The position numbers and the translations under genes are program-made. Below the pieces are notes generated by a model. The model was not told the DNA's origin and made no database searches. It saw only the letters and a program-made list of their open reading frames with translations. A stretch of 64,000 nucleotides of DNA, taken from contig JBHGNT010000017.1 of NCBI GenBank assembly GCA_043228905.1, positions 17,174,001-17,238,000 on the forward strand, read 5' to 3'. Below are positions 12,400 through 24,840 of the stretch, piece by piece. Source of the DNA: Azolla caroliniana. Taxonomy: Eukaryota > Plantae > Polypodiophyta. Position 1 is the first letter of the stretch. Each line of letters starts with the position of its first letter.

Positions 12400-13330
12400 T
12401 ACTAAAAAAATTTAACAAGGCAAAAAGAGGCTAAAGAATCTTGTTATGGATACATGTTTCTCAAGTCAAATATATTTAATTTTTGTCTTTGGAATATCTC
12501 AAGCATAGGTCAATCCAGAATAGAGATGTCTTTGAAGTGAGGGAAGCACTTGCAACAGTAGGAAACATTGGCCTTTATCTGTAAACGACAAGGGTGGTGA
12601 GATTGTGGTCCATGGGGTCGGAGCCTACATGAATGAAAAAATCCTATTACCAATCTATTGTAACCCTTTTTGCTATGTCCTAGTCGAGAACCAATTTGTG
12701 TAGCCCTTGAATGACTTGTAGCATGAGTGGGAGTGATGGGGCTAAAGAAAGTTGTGATTATTCTTTGTGGATGAGCTTGTGTGGATGTATTGTTGTCCTT
12801 CGACAACTTTTCCCTATGTCTCTTGAGTTTTAGTAAGAAAACCCCCATGCACCATTGGTCCTCATGTTTCATTGTCTTGTGCATTGGGCCAAAGCCTTCT
12901 TTAAAGAAGCGATGGTATCTTCCTCTTATTTCATAAAAAACACGACAACTACAAACATAATGTCCTACAATGACAAATATAGTGTTATTCAGAGAGAGAG
13001 AGATTTTATACACCCCCAATAGCCTTAATATACATGGGCACAATTAGCCTAGCTCTAGATGATGGAACACCCCATGCACCTCTTGATTGAAAGCATGTCC
13101 ATTACTGAAACTTGACATCAAAACCTAACCATTTTGACAATCCTCAAATGTGTAAACCTTCTTGGAATAGCTACCTTTTGGTACAAAGTTCTTTCTTCAT
13201 TGAATACCTTACAAAGACATAAGGGATTATCTTACAAAGTCTATCATGAACTAAGTTGTTGACCCCTAATTGAAAATCATGCATTCACATAATAGAAGAC
13301 TAAACATGTAAGCAATGAGCTAGACGCATG
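12400..13330 (-). mobile_element. 3' fragment of another RTE/RTEX-like LINE
   Basis: ORF 12510-13043 contains HYVCSCRVFYEIRGRYHRFFKEGFGP..EDQWCMGVFLLKLKRHREKL, similar to the LINE C-terminal region seen at about 1380-1530. Confidence 0.6.
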
Positions 13331-13342
13331 TCATATTATATT

Positions 13343-13827
13343 GGGAAAAGTACTAGGATACCCTGAGAAGTTCGTCTATTTACCATAATGCCCCTGGAAG
13401 TTTCAAATTTACCAAACTACCCCTATGTCCAAAAAGTACCAGGATACCCTAAGAATTTCGTCTATTTACCATAATGCCCCTGGAAGTTTCAAATTTACCA
13501 AACTACCCCTATGTCCAAAAAGTACCAGGATACCCTGAGAATTTCGTCTATTTACCATAATGCCCCTAGAAGTTTCAAATTTACCAAACTACCCCTATGT
13601 CCAAAAAATTACACTTTATAAAGTAATTATACACTCAAATCTTTTGGTAAATAGGGCTAGTTCGGGTCCATTTCTTCATCGTTGGTAAATAGGGCTTGTA
13701 GATTTGAGTGTATAATTACTTTATAAAGTGTAATTTTTTGGACATAGGGGTAGTTTGGTACATTTGGAACTTCCAGGGGCATTCTGGTAAATAGATGAAC
13801 TTCCAGGGGTATCCTGGTACTTTTCCC
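13343..13827. mobile_element. Mutator-type (MULE) MITE with triplicated left TIR segment
   Basis: GGGAAAAGTAC...GTACTTTTCCC long TIRs and a 9-bp TSD TATTATATT (13334-13342 and 13828-13836). An 86-bp unit starts at 13346, 13432 and 13518. Confidence 0.9.
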
Positions 13828-14634
13828 TATTATATTCTATTGGATAACAAAATATATCCATGGAAATCAATCAAAAGGAGTCTCACATTGCATTATATAC
13901 GATTTACAGACAAACATATATTGATATACATAAAAAAACACATTCATTTGGATCTAACAAAATAGAGAATAATATGGCCAAATAGCCAAGAAGGGGAAAG
14001 TCATAGATATGGTGCATAACCGAATCCACCTACACATGATATATGACGAAAGTGAGGTGCTTGTCGATATATTGCTATAACCAAATATGGCCACACTTTG
14101 AATTGTTCTAGTGAAAATGAGTTCCAAAAACATAAAGAAAAGTACTTATTATTTAGAGCGAGAATGTCGATATCTATGGATGGTTGTGAATGTTGAAAGA
14201 ATGTAATAACATGCATGCGTAAGATAGTTCAAAATGATGAGATATGTTGATTCCATGGATGAGAACAAAAGTGTGGATCTCAATTGGATTGCACTAACTT
14301 TGTTTATCTTAAATTTTTGTTTCTATTGACTTGATTGTTCATTGAAAAGGAGTACATCCTCTATCCTCATTTGCCAATATACTTTTGTCAACTTCACTAG
14401 TTTTTGGTTGAAGATGAGCAATGTGGTGGTCAAGATCAATAGTGAAACAAAAAGATCGTTGGGGAAAATGAAAGAACAAGTGCAAGCTTTCAATTAGTTT
14501 TGAGCAATTATTGGCAATCAAATGGTTCCTAAAGAAACTATTATGAAATGTTAACCATGTCAAATAAACTAAGTCAGAACTATTCAGAGATCTAGTTGAA
14601 ATCCTCTTCAAACAAATCTCGGAGTTTTGAGCAA

Positions 14635-14777
14635 GGGATTTGGTAAATTCACAGTTTTTTCTGTATTTTCACAGTTTTTTTTTTTAGTTCAGAAATATGA
14701 TTACAAATGATAGCCAGATTCCATCCCCCCAAAAAAACTGTGAAAATACGGAAAAACCTGTGAATTTACCAATTTCC
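14635..14777. mobile_element. Small Mutator-type MITE (143 bp)
   Basis: TIRs of about 50 bp (gggatttggtaaattcacag / ctgtgaatttaccaatttcc) and a 9-bp TSD TTTGAGCAA (14626-14634 and 14778-14786). It sits in a tandem duplication of about 128 bp. Confidence 0.8.
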
Positions 14778-16345
14778 TTTGAGCAATTATTGCAAATAAA
14801 ATGGTTCCTAAAGAAACTATTGTGAAATGTAAAACATGTCATCAAGTAAACTAAGTTGGAACTATTCAAAGATCCAATTGAAATCCTCTTCAAACAACTC
14901 CTCCCTACAAAATTAAACATTACCTAGAATTCTGTCTGCTTACAAGTTGAATCTTTCTTATTAATGGCGTCCCTTTCTCTTATCACCGCAATGAATGCTA
15001 GTCAAGCAATGCTAGAAAATGAGGGTTGAATAATCTATTCTTACATGCACTCACTTTTGTCTTATAAAAAAGAAAAAAAAGCCGATTTCGTGTTTATTCC
15101 TTTTTCCCAACTTTGAATGAATATGAAAGTGGAGCTACAAGCCTACAACTTCATGTTCGCATTGATTGTTTTCCTTACCATCTTCTTGAAGTTAGCACAG
15201 GAAAATACAAAGTCAAAATTAACTTGCAAGCAATGCCAATGATGCAATCGCCTACTATTGTAACTAAAGATTTTACCATACTTGATCTAACTATAGAATG
15301 AAAAGGATTGACCGTGAATTCTCGAGCACCGTAATCAGTTGTAAAATACATGAGAATTCACTTTTGAGCTGGTTATCAAAATTCTGACCACATCCCTACT
15401 CACTACTCCGTTAAGTGAGAAAGAGTGTTGACATAAGTTACAGGTTCCTTGATTTAACCTTGACTGGAATCGATGGTAGAGCTAAAAAACTACAGTAACA
15501 TTTCTTATCTTTACTTTTCCAGCTCTTTGGAAAACGTTACCAAACAGCACAAATCCTAACCTCATCTGATGACTCGCATTTGGAAACGCTTAACTGATAA
15601 CATTGGAAATATGCACCAAATATCACTTGTTTGTGGACTAACTCATAACATATAAAATATGCACATGGAATTCTCTCATGATATATAGCAAGTTGTTTTC
15701 ACATTCATATTCACATTCAATTAGTCATGTAGCACCACTGAAGAAACAGGTAGGCACAAACAGTGTATCTCGCCTCACGCAATATTTGGCTTGGAATCGA
15801 GCTTTTTTTCCCATATAGATTAATCCCAGGATAGAGTAGCACAAAATGAAAGCAGAAAGAATAGACCAGAGACTTCATGTTCAGACAAATGTTAGGCTAT
15901 AATAATATTAAGCTGCAAAGAGCGAACATAAATGTATAATTACATAATTCATCTTCTCTCTACTACTGAGAAAATATGTAAGTGCTGTAATAGTAAAACA
16001 TTACAGCTGTGTATATTGTACAGACACATGAATGATGTTGGATTTGTGCAAAACTCTCGTGAGTCTGCAGGGACTGAATGCAATTTATTGCGACAAAATG
16101 TTTACAGATTTCTTATCACAAAAATCAGAACATTCTCTCATTCCCCTTGACACAGTTGAGTGTAAGAGAAGGGTTGATTTTTATCTGAAACTTACAGTGA
16201 CTTTACACCGACCCTACACAACCAGTCTCTTCCTCACTTTGATACTTATTCCAACACAAGAATTCCTTGAACTGGATGACAAGGAAACCAAAGATAACCT
16301 GACGTATATCCAAAGGGATCCCATCAATTGTGATGATGTTACTTG

Positions 16346-16452
16346 TTTTAAGAACCATTGTTCAAGTCCTCTAACTTGGAACTGCCCATCAGTTTGCACA
16401 CAATTCTTAGCTCACCAAAATGCAGTTTCCTTCTCATTCAACTTCTTTGCAT
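16346..16452 (-). pseudogene. Degenerate duplicate of the last (BRX) exon of the PRAF/RLD gene
   Basis: Reads KKLNEKETAFW*AKNCVQTDGQFQVRGL against KKFSEKEAELWWAENRAQVYEQYNVRGL in the real exon. It has an in-frame stop and no AG acceptor at the equivalent position. Confidence 0.75.
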
Positions 16453-16518
16453 TGACAGAGACTTCAATTATGCATCCAAACAAGTACATATCACATGTGC
16501 AGTGATAATAAAACTTCT

Positions 16519-16640
16519 TTAAGCACCATTGTTTAGACCTCTGACATTGTACTGCTCATAAACTTGAGCGCGATTCTCAGCCCACCATAGCTCAGCTTCC
16601 TTTTCGCTGAACTTCTTGCGGCTGTGATATAGAGGAATCA

Positions 16641-16700
<60 letters not shown>

Positions 16701-19700
16701 CCAACTTGAGACGAGATCACTTCTCGTTGAGATCAGGGCCATGAACAGGGTCGCTGAATCACACATGCCTAAGGTTCAAAAACGTCTCTCACATCGACTT
16801 CCTAGAATCACATGGGAAGCAAGCAAAATTCCTCTATAAATGAGGCCATTTTGCAATGCCAACATATCATGATCTAGGAAAAATGTGGAGGCTCATGCTT
16901 CACACATTATATTACACATGTTGCACCTAACTACAAAAGCATATTCTTTGCCAAATTAGGAAACCGAACACATCGATACATGTTAGTGCCCATCAGGTTG
17001 TGTCTACCATCCAAACCATTGTCTCCATGCAACTTAGCTCACATGCATTGCAATGTGAGATGGAGGGTTAGGGCACAAGTGGTGAGAATAGTCGACTATG
17101 CACACTTTGCCCGAAACAAGTTTGAAAGTCTGAGTATCACAGTTTGACATGCTCTACCTTTGATCATATTCAACTATGCTTTCCACACATCTTCACCAGT
17201 TGGGTTAAAATCGCATTAGTTGCATTAATTTAATAGATGCCATTGAGGAATGGAAGGATTGAATGAATGACATGCCTCTCATTATCTATTTATTTTCCAG
17301 TTGAGGCAGGACCCAGAGGTAAGCTGATTCTTTTATAAACCAATACATCGGGGGTTCAAATCTCACTAATTTACAAGATAATACTACCAAATCTAGAACT
17401 TGAATCCATGACCTTGTCTCCACTGGACAACCTTACCAACTGAGCTATATCTGTAAATGTTCTATAGCAAAATCGCACGATCACGAATAATACAAATACA
17501 TAAGACATACATCAGGGCTGATGTGTCAAATATGGCGCATCATCAAATAATGTAGGGATCCTAAAAGGCCAGGGGAATGCATGGGGAAGAGTTGCCATAG
17601 TAAGATCAACCGCTCGATATGATTAACAGTTCCATGTTAACCATAAAAACGAAATGCAAAGCAAGTCCTCCGATTATGATACAAACCCCAATACTGAAGA
17701 AAATAAAGACAGGATTTAAATTATGAGAAAGCATCTATTTACTGCCTTCATCTATCACACAGGTTTGATAAGATATCATATGATTTCATGATTGTAAAAT
17801 TTGTGGGTTTCCTTTTTCGTAACATTTGTGGGTCTCTAGTCACATCAATATAATCTTCCTTTCTTCTTCTTCCTCTCTCAACTAGATTGCTTGGTAATTT
17901 TTTCGGTTTCCAAAGATAATATTTAGCCTCCAAGGGCAATAATATATCTATCAATCTGTCTCATGCACATATAATAAAGAATAATAATTGACTTTTACGG
18001 ATGTCTTCTGCTCACTGACCTGAATCTTACTCGTTTCAAATCCTTTCCACCACTTGGAAGAGATGTGAATGTAATATAGACTCCAGGTTCATGTTGTTTC
18101 ACCCATTCTGTTCCCACACATGAATTCATGTCGCTCGCCAATAGTGATGTACTCCTCTTAAGTGTATCTGCATCCTTCTTACCAGATTCATAATGTTCCA
18201 ATGAATCATGCATGGATGTTCTACCACTTGAGGTCCCCACACTCATGTCAAGTATTTGTGTGTCGTCGGAGCTTCTGGATATACTTAGCATAGAAGGATA
18301 TTTATGAAAGCCAGCCACAGAGTTTTCTGTACCTCCACCATCCGACACTCTAAGCATTACAGGTTGAGGGGAAATAGACCTTTGTGGGAAATGGAAAGTT
18401 CCATTAGGAACTGCATACGAACTGATTGCACCATTTGATTCAGCATCTTGAACAATTCGAACATTAGGATTTCCACTGTATTTCTGATCACGAAAAGAGA
18501 AGTCATCAATCTCGGATGTCACAGTTGGCGCATGTGTGTTGTATAACCCATCTGACACTGGAGAGTAAGGAGTAAGTACACCACCATTATCATGCATTTG
18601 TGCAGGTAGCTTCTCTGCGAGATCTTTCAACTGCAACGGATTAAGGAATTTAGAAAATTAGATTAAACATAAAACTTGCTTCAGATAAACAGAACCCTCT
18701 TCTCCTCCACCCCCTGTTTGACATGAACCTACCTGCATGGTTAGACACCGAATCACTTCTTTTGCAGCTTTGCATTTTGAAGTTTCCTCAGCAGAAATTG
18801 CATTGGCCATTTGTAGTTCTTTTGTACCATGTTGTAATTGTGCCTCTTGTGCCTGATAGTGTTGTGTAAGTGATCCAACCTGCACAGAATACATTCCCAG
18901 ATATTTCACAGGTTCCAATAATCTGATTGCAAACATACTCTTCTGAAGTAACACATCTACAAAGCTGTAATTACCTGAGCCCGAAGCCTTAGAACTTCCT
19001 GGGTCAAACTTTTGTTTGTCTTCTTCAACTCATCAAATATAAAATCCGGGGAGCCCAATCCAGAAAAGGTTGGAGTAGATGTAGTGGAATGTGGAGGATT
19101 GGACCGCCTTTGCACAGGTGAAGTAACTGATGATATTGTTCTTCGTGGAGCAGATATTGGTGAAATTGGATATTTGTATGATAAAGATGAATCTGTTTCG
19201 TAAAACAAACTAGGTGCAGGTGAGACTCGTCTTAGAGACTCGGGCTTCTTTAAAAATTTGGAGGTTGATTTCTCTTCATATTGTCTTGATCGTTCTGCAT
19301 CATGAAGCCTGGGGTGTAGAGATAACTGCATATTCAACTGCTTTGCATCCTTCTTTATTCTATCTCTGGACTCCAAAGATTGTTGTATGACACTACTCTT
19401 CTTCAACCCTATGTGTGAGTTAATACTGACATTAGTGTCATTCTTCAACTTTGTATAGCAAGAATCACAAACACGATAAGGCTTTTTAGGAGTGGGAGCC
19501 AAAATGGCTTTGCTCGCCTTCTTGCTACTACATGCATGGCAGAAGACATGCCCACAGTTATAACAATTATGCCGTTTTCTAGTAAAGCCAAAAGATAACC
19601 GACACCCTGAACAGATGGATTGATCGGCACCCGAAAGCCATTTATGTAGACAAACCGCAGCCGTAAAGCTTGCACCACAAGCTATACTTTTCACTTGCTT

Positions 19701-22208
19701 TTCTTTCAGTGCCTCGACTAAGGTAGGAGTATGTCTATCTTGAACATCGCCATGGCCAAGTCTTCCATTGGCACCCTTGCCCCACGTGTAAACCTCTGTC
19801 TTTAACGTCAATACAGCCACGTGATGTGATCCACAAGCAATCTCCTCGACACATTCTTCCCACAAATTGCCTTTCACAAGTAATGGATATTTCCCAGTGG
19901 CTTGTGGATCTCCTAATTGCCCATAAACTGTGTTTCCCATGGTAAAGACCGTACCGGATGTTGTAAGTGCAACAGTGAGACTATGTCCACAGGCCACCTG
20001 TCGAAAATCATAATCAACAAGTGCAGCCACACAAGTAGGAACATTCTTCTGCTCCTTATCACCGTGTCCAAGACGCCCCTTCTCAGCATCACCCCAAGTG
20101 AAAAGCTTTCCAGATGGACATACATTAGAATCCGAATAGCCCATTATCACCTCAACTACAGCTGCCGTGTGCCATGCTCCACAAGCTACTTTAACAGTTT
20201 TAAGACCTTTTAAGGACTCAAGCTCTTTGGGAAAAGAGACACTCGCATTGTCTCCATGGCCAAGAGTTCCAAATGTGCCATCACCAAAGGTGAACAATTG
20301 TCCTGAAGAGGTTATGAGGGCAGTATGCCAGGGACCACACGCAACACTTGATACCCTTACACCCTCTGGCATATGAACCCTCTTAGGCATCCAATGACAG
20401 AAATCGTTACCCTGACCAAGAAGACCAAAGCTTCGTGTTCCATCTCCCCATGTATAAAGATCACCATTTCGTGTCACTGCACAAGTATGATACTCACCAC
20501 AAGCTACCTGTTCAACACATGTATTAGCTAAAGATTCCACCAGTTGAGGATGAGCAACATCCACATGAACTCCATGACCAAGTCTGCCTCCTGACTCTTC
20601 TCCCCAGCAGAAGACCTCCCCTTGCCTGTTCACTAATGCAGAATGGCTTCTACCACATGCGATGTTGTGTACATCAAGTACGACAGCTGATTCTAAATGC
20701 TTTGGTAGTAAGGAATCCATCTTCGGCCCACACCCATTCTCAGCTCTATATGCACCACCACCCAATAGTCCTTCACCAAGCCCTTCACCCCACAGGTAAA
20801 CATCACCTAGAGCATCAACATCATCTTGTCCAGATCCATGGCTCGATGAGCTTATCACACTTGATAGGCTCACTCTGAAAGCCTCTGAGCTACTATCTTT
20901 ATACTGCGTTTTTGGAGCCTCTGGCCCTAAATCCGAATTAGTAGAGTTAAAAGATTCCCTTATCAAGGTTATCTCTGGAAACCCTTTCTTGGAATCAAGT
21001 GAATTTGTGGTTGCCACTAAATTAGTCTTATCTGACTCATGGTGAGGGGGACTTTCATATGTTACTCTATGAGCATTTGCATAATCCTGTGTAAGAAAGC
21101 AAGCAACAGAAAATAATCATTGATATATTTTATGCATTTGTTTCCCTCGGCAATACAAAGCACTTTAAAGTCATTCTACCTGTTGTAAACTATTCGAACC
21201 CATCGCCGAACCACCAACATTATACCTTCTCCTCATGAGGACAATAGGACTATTTCCATCAGAAAAAATAGTTGACAGATCTCCGTCAGTTTTTGTGTCA
21301 ATACGTAACTTATGTGATTGTGATCGCCCACCATTTATAAGAGCCTTTAAACCAACAAACCACAATTCTGCCTGATCTTTGTCTCTACACACCTACATTA
21401 AAAATTAAGATGCATACACTTTGATGGTCACAAGCATTGCCAGGGCAATTGATGAAGTTGGTTTCTCAGTCAATCATGACTCAATGAAAAAGAAAACTGT
21501 CAATTTATTTTATGCCACTGTACTTACCAGATCGAGAGACTGCTCATGGTGTCCGAAAATAAGGGAGAAAGACTGGTATTCTTTCTCAGGTGTGGGATTC
21601 CGATGAAAACTGGCCTGCAAAATGCATGCGACTGAAGCATAAATTCACATTTACAATAACTCTTTTAAACTCATAATAACACAAAGTACATAGAAACAAG
21701 AGCCATACAGTGCGTTGACCAGGAATAATTCTGACCACAGAACTTAAATTTAACTGCATTTCCTCTTTTCCCGACAACCACATCAGTGCCTTCTCATCCT
21801 GCAGGAATCAGTTTTGTCATTATTTATATCATTCATGGCTGCATGATAAGAAATGATTTCTTCAACTTACATTAGAGAGTCTGAAGGGACAAAATCTAGG
21901 CTTTCCTTTGCGGCTGTAGTTCAGCAAATGAGCACCTTTCTTCAAGGCTGTGATGGCCTACATAAAAGCGAAACAAAATCTCTCTCATTTCAGCTTTACT
22001 TATCTTTCTAACATACACAGCTGGGGAGTGTGCTGGCATCAAATTGAGAGAATCCAAGTTAAATCCTTGCCATTTTCTCTGTCTAAACTACCATGCATCC
22101 TAAATGCAAGCAGAAGATGGACAAATAAAGTAAGACAAAACCTCGGATATTAAGCTATACCTGTTCGACATCGCGCTCGAATGTCCACGTTCGTCCAAGA
22201 TCAGCCAT
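16519..22208 (-). CDS. PRAF/RLD: PRAF/RLD family protein (PH, RCC1 repeats, FYVE, coiled coil, BRX), about 1165 aa
   Basis: Exons 22208-22161, 21957-21871, 21798-21709, 21614-21528, 21392-21180, 21086-18975, 18879-18733, 18630-18020 and 16621-16519, all GT-AG, 3498 nt in frame. Motifs: ERDVEQAITALKKG, RIIPGQRT, VACGEYHT/GRLGHG RCC1 repeats, RKRHNCYNCG..RVCDSC FYVE, EWVKQHEPGVYIT..DLKRVRFSRKKF..WWAEN BRX. Confidence 0.95.
17295..17452. mobile_element. SINE-like element related to 12107-12293, in the last PRAF intron
   Basis: Minus strand gatatagctcagttggtaaggttgtccagtggagacaaggtcatggattcaag matches the 12107 head. An opposed plus-strand B box GGTTCAAATC lies at about 17353. Confidence 0.5.
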
Positions 22209-23989
22209 GGTAATTGTTTCAATGATCACGACAAGATGAAAACAACAAACAATCAATTTATTCTTCAGACAAAAGAACCAATGGCCGTGAGGGCATCAAA
22301 ATGTAGGGGTTCATGAAGTGCCATTTTTTTCTCAGAAACGGTAGAGTTGCTGATGGAGAGAAGAAGGCTCCACAGAAATGATCACCCACAAGAAATGAAA
22401 TCTAGAGAGTCAAAAAATGTTGTTTTTTTTCAGGAATAATTGATTATATTCCATAGTCTACACAGATAGACCTTCTTCCAAAATCCCTGAATTATAGACT
22501 ATCTGTTTGAATATCTTTCACTGCGTAGAATTAACTAAATCTGTCTTCCCAAATCCAAAGGGAACAGTCAGAATCAACCCATAAAAAAATTCTTCCAAAG
22601 TGAATTCAGTGTACTCAAAACCCTAAGAAATCTGTCAAGATCCCCATGCATCAATGGATTTTGAACCAGATAATGAGTTTTCGAAGCTAATTCCACGTAC
22701 TCAAATCCTAGATATTTGTAGCTGTCTGTTCATCGATGAATTTGAGCCAGAAGGGAAGCTTTGGAAGCAAAGTCCGTGCACTCAAAACCCTAATAAATAT
22801 GTGGTAAACTCTTCATCCATGACGGGGTTGTGACAGAAAATGACCTTTGAATTCGAAGTCTGTCTACCAAAAGATTAAGAGCTTTTTTTATGAATTATTC
22901 AGTGAAGAAGAGAAACTTCTGAAGGAAATTCTGGAGAAACCTGCCATGCATTGATAATCAATGAGCACCATGAGACAGAAAGACGCTTCAGATACCATCA
23001 ATGAATAGAGAGAGAGAGAGAGAGATGAAGCAGAAAAGACAGTTTTTTGACATACAAACATTTCTATGACTTCTAGGAAGAAAACAGAGAGTTAGATAAA
23101 GTGATACTTTCTGTATTCTCTTAACTATGTCATGAAAAAAAATGCGGAAACAGAAAAGCTTACTGTAGAGAATCGTCGGAGAGTAGAAATCCACAGAGCC
23201 TGTTATCTGCAAGGGGCAGGGGGGAAAATGGTGGAGATGCAAGAGCTACGGATAGTTTAGGTAGAAATTGAAGCCCTAGAAGTTCCGATGGAAAGAGAAG
23301 ATCATAGAGAAAGAGGAGAAAATCCAGGAAGCCTGTATCAGCAAAGGGCGGGCGTGGGGGAAATGATCGGAAATGCAGGAGCTATGGCTGAGCTTAGGTA
23401 GGCATGGAGCCCCTATAATTGTAGAGGAGAGACTTGAGAGGATATCAGATGGAGGAATCCCCCAAACTCTGTACCAGAAGCCAGTGGGGAGGAAACGGTG
23501 GGAAATGCAGGGGGCTATGGCGAACTTGGACAGGCATGGAAAACCCTAATGAACTGCAGCAGACAAAAACCAAAAACCAAAAAAAAATAAAGCAAAACCC
23601 AAAGAGAAGATCGGATGATTTGGGGGGTGAGAGACTCCGGAATCCTTTTCTATCCTCTTTCTTATTTTTCTTAGGTTGCAGGAGATATGGGAGCTTTGTT
23701 AGGCAAGCAGGAATGGAAACCCTAGAAATGCAGCAGAAGAAGAAAGAAGAAGAAGAAGGGCCCTGAGAGAGGAAGGAGATCATGGAGGAAGAAGAAACCT
23801 CAGAATTCTCTTCGTTTCTTCTTCAGTACTTACTTCCTCTCTGTTCTTTTCTTTTCTGTCTCTCTGTTCTTCTTCTTCCTCCTCTGTTCTTTTTCTTTTT
23901 CTTTTTCTTTTTTTCTCTTCTCTTTTTTTTTTTTTGTTTTAGTTTTTTTGACTCTGTCTCATCTTTTCCTTCTCTTGCTTTCATTTTCA

Positions 23990-24046
<57 letters not shown>

Positions 24047-24104
24047 AGTTTTTTTCCTTCCATTTTTACCATCCTATTACATGACCACCATTCTAGAGCT
24101 CATG

Positions 24105-24840
24105 TCAATGGATCGATCCCATCCCGATAGAAGCTCTCATGCCGATCGATCGATCGATCCCATCCCGACAGAAGCTCATGCCGATCGATCGATCCCATCC
24201 CGATAGAAGCTCTCATGCCGATCGATCGATCCCATCCCGATAGAAGCTCATGTTGATCGATCGATCCCATCTGGGGAGGAGCTTGTGCCCATCGATCGAT
24301 CCCATCCCGAGAGGAGCTCATGCCGATTGATCAATCCCATCACGACAAGAAGGAGCTCTTGTTGATCAATCGATCCCATCTCGATAGGACCTCATGCCGA
24401 TCGATCGATCCCATCCCGACAAAGACTCATGCCGATTGATCAATCCCTTCACAATAGGAAGGAGCTCCTGTTGATCAATCCATCCCATCTTGATAGGACC
24501 TCGTGCCGATCGATCGATCTCATCCCGACAAAGAGCTCCTGTTGATCAATCCATCCCATCCGGCGAGGAGCTTGTCCTCGTCGATCCCCGCGAGAAGACC
24601 CCGTGTCGATCGATCCCATCCCGAGTGGAGCTCATGCCCATTGATCCCCATGAGATGACCTCGTGTCAATTGATCAACCCTGTCACAACGAGCTCATGCC
24701 CATCGATCCCCACAAAGACGAACACCCCTTGTCGATCCCATCACGAGAAGAGCTCTCAGGTCCATCAATCCCCACGAAACAACCCTGCGTCGATCGATCG
24801 ATCCCATCACGAGGAGCTCGTACCCATTGATTCGTCGTTC
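24105..24840. repeat. GATC-rich minisatellite with units of about 30-42 bp
   Basis: Unit approximates gatcgatcgatcccatcccga(t/c)agaagctcatgcc. Roughly 20 copies, more degenerate towards the right. Confidence 0.9.

Noticed and set aside
24105-24840. CRISPR-like array
   Set aside because: There are no unique spacers, the units are degenerate copies of each other, no cas genes are present and the context is eukaryotic.
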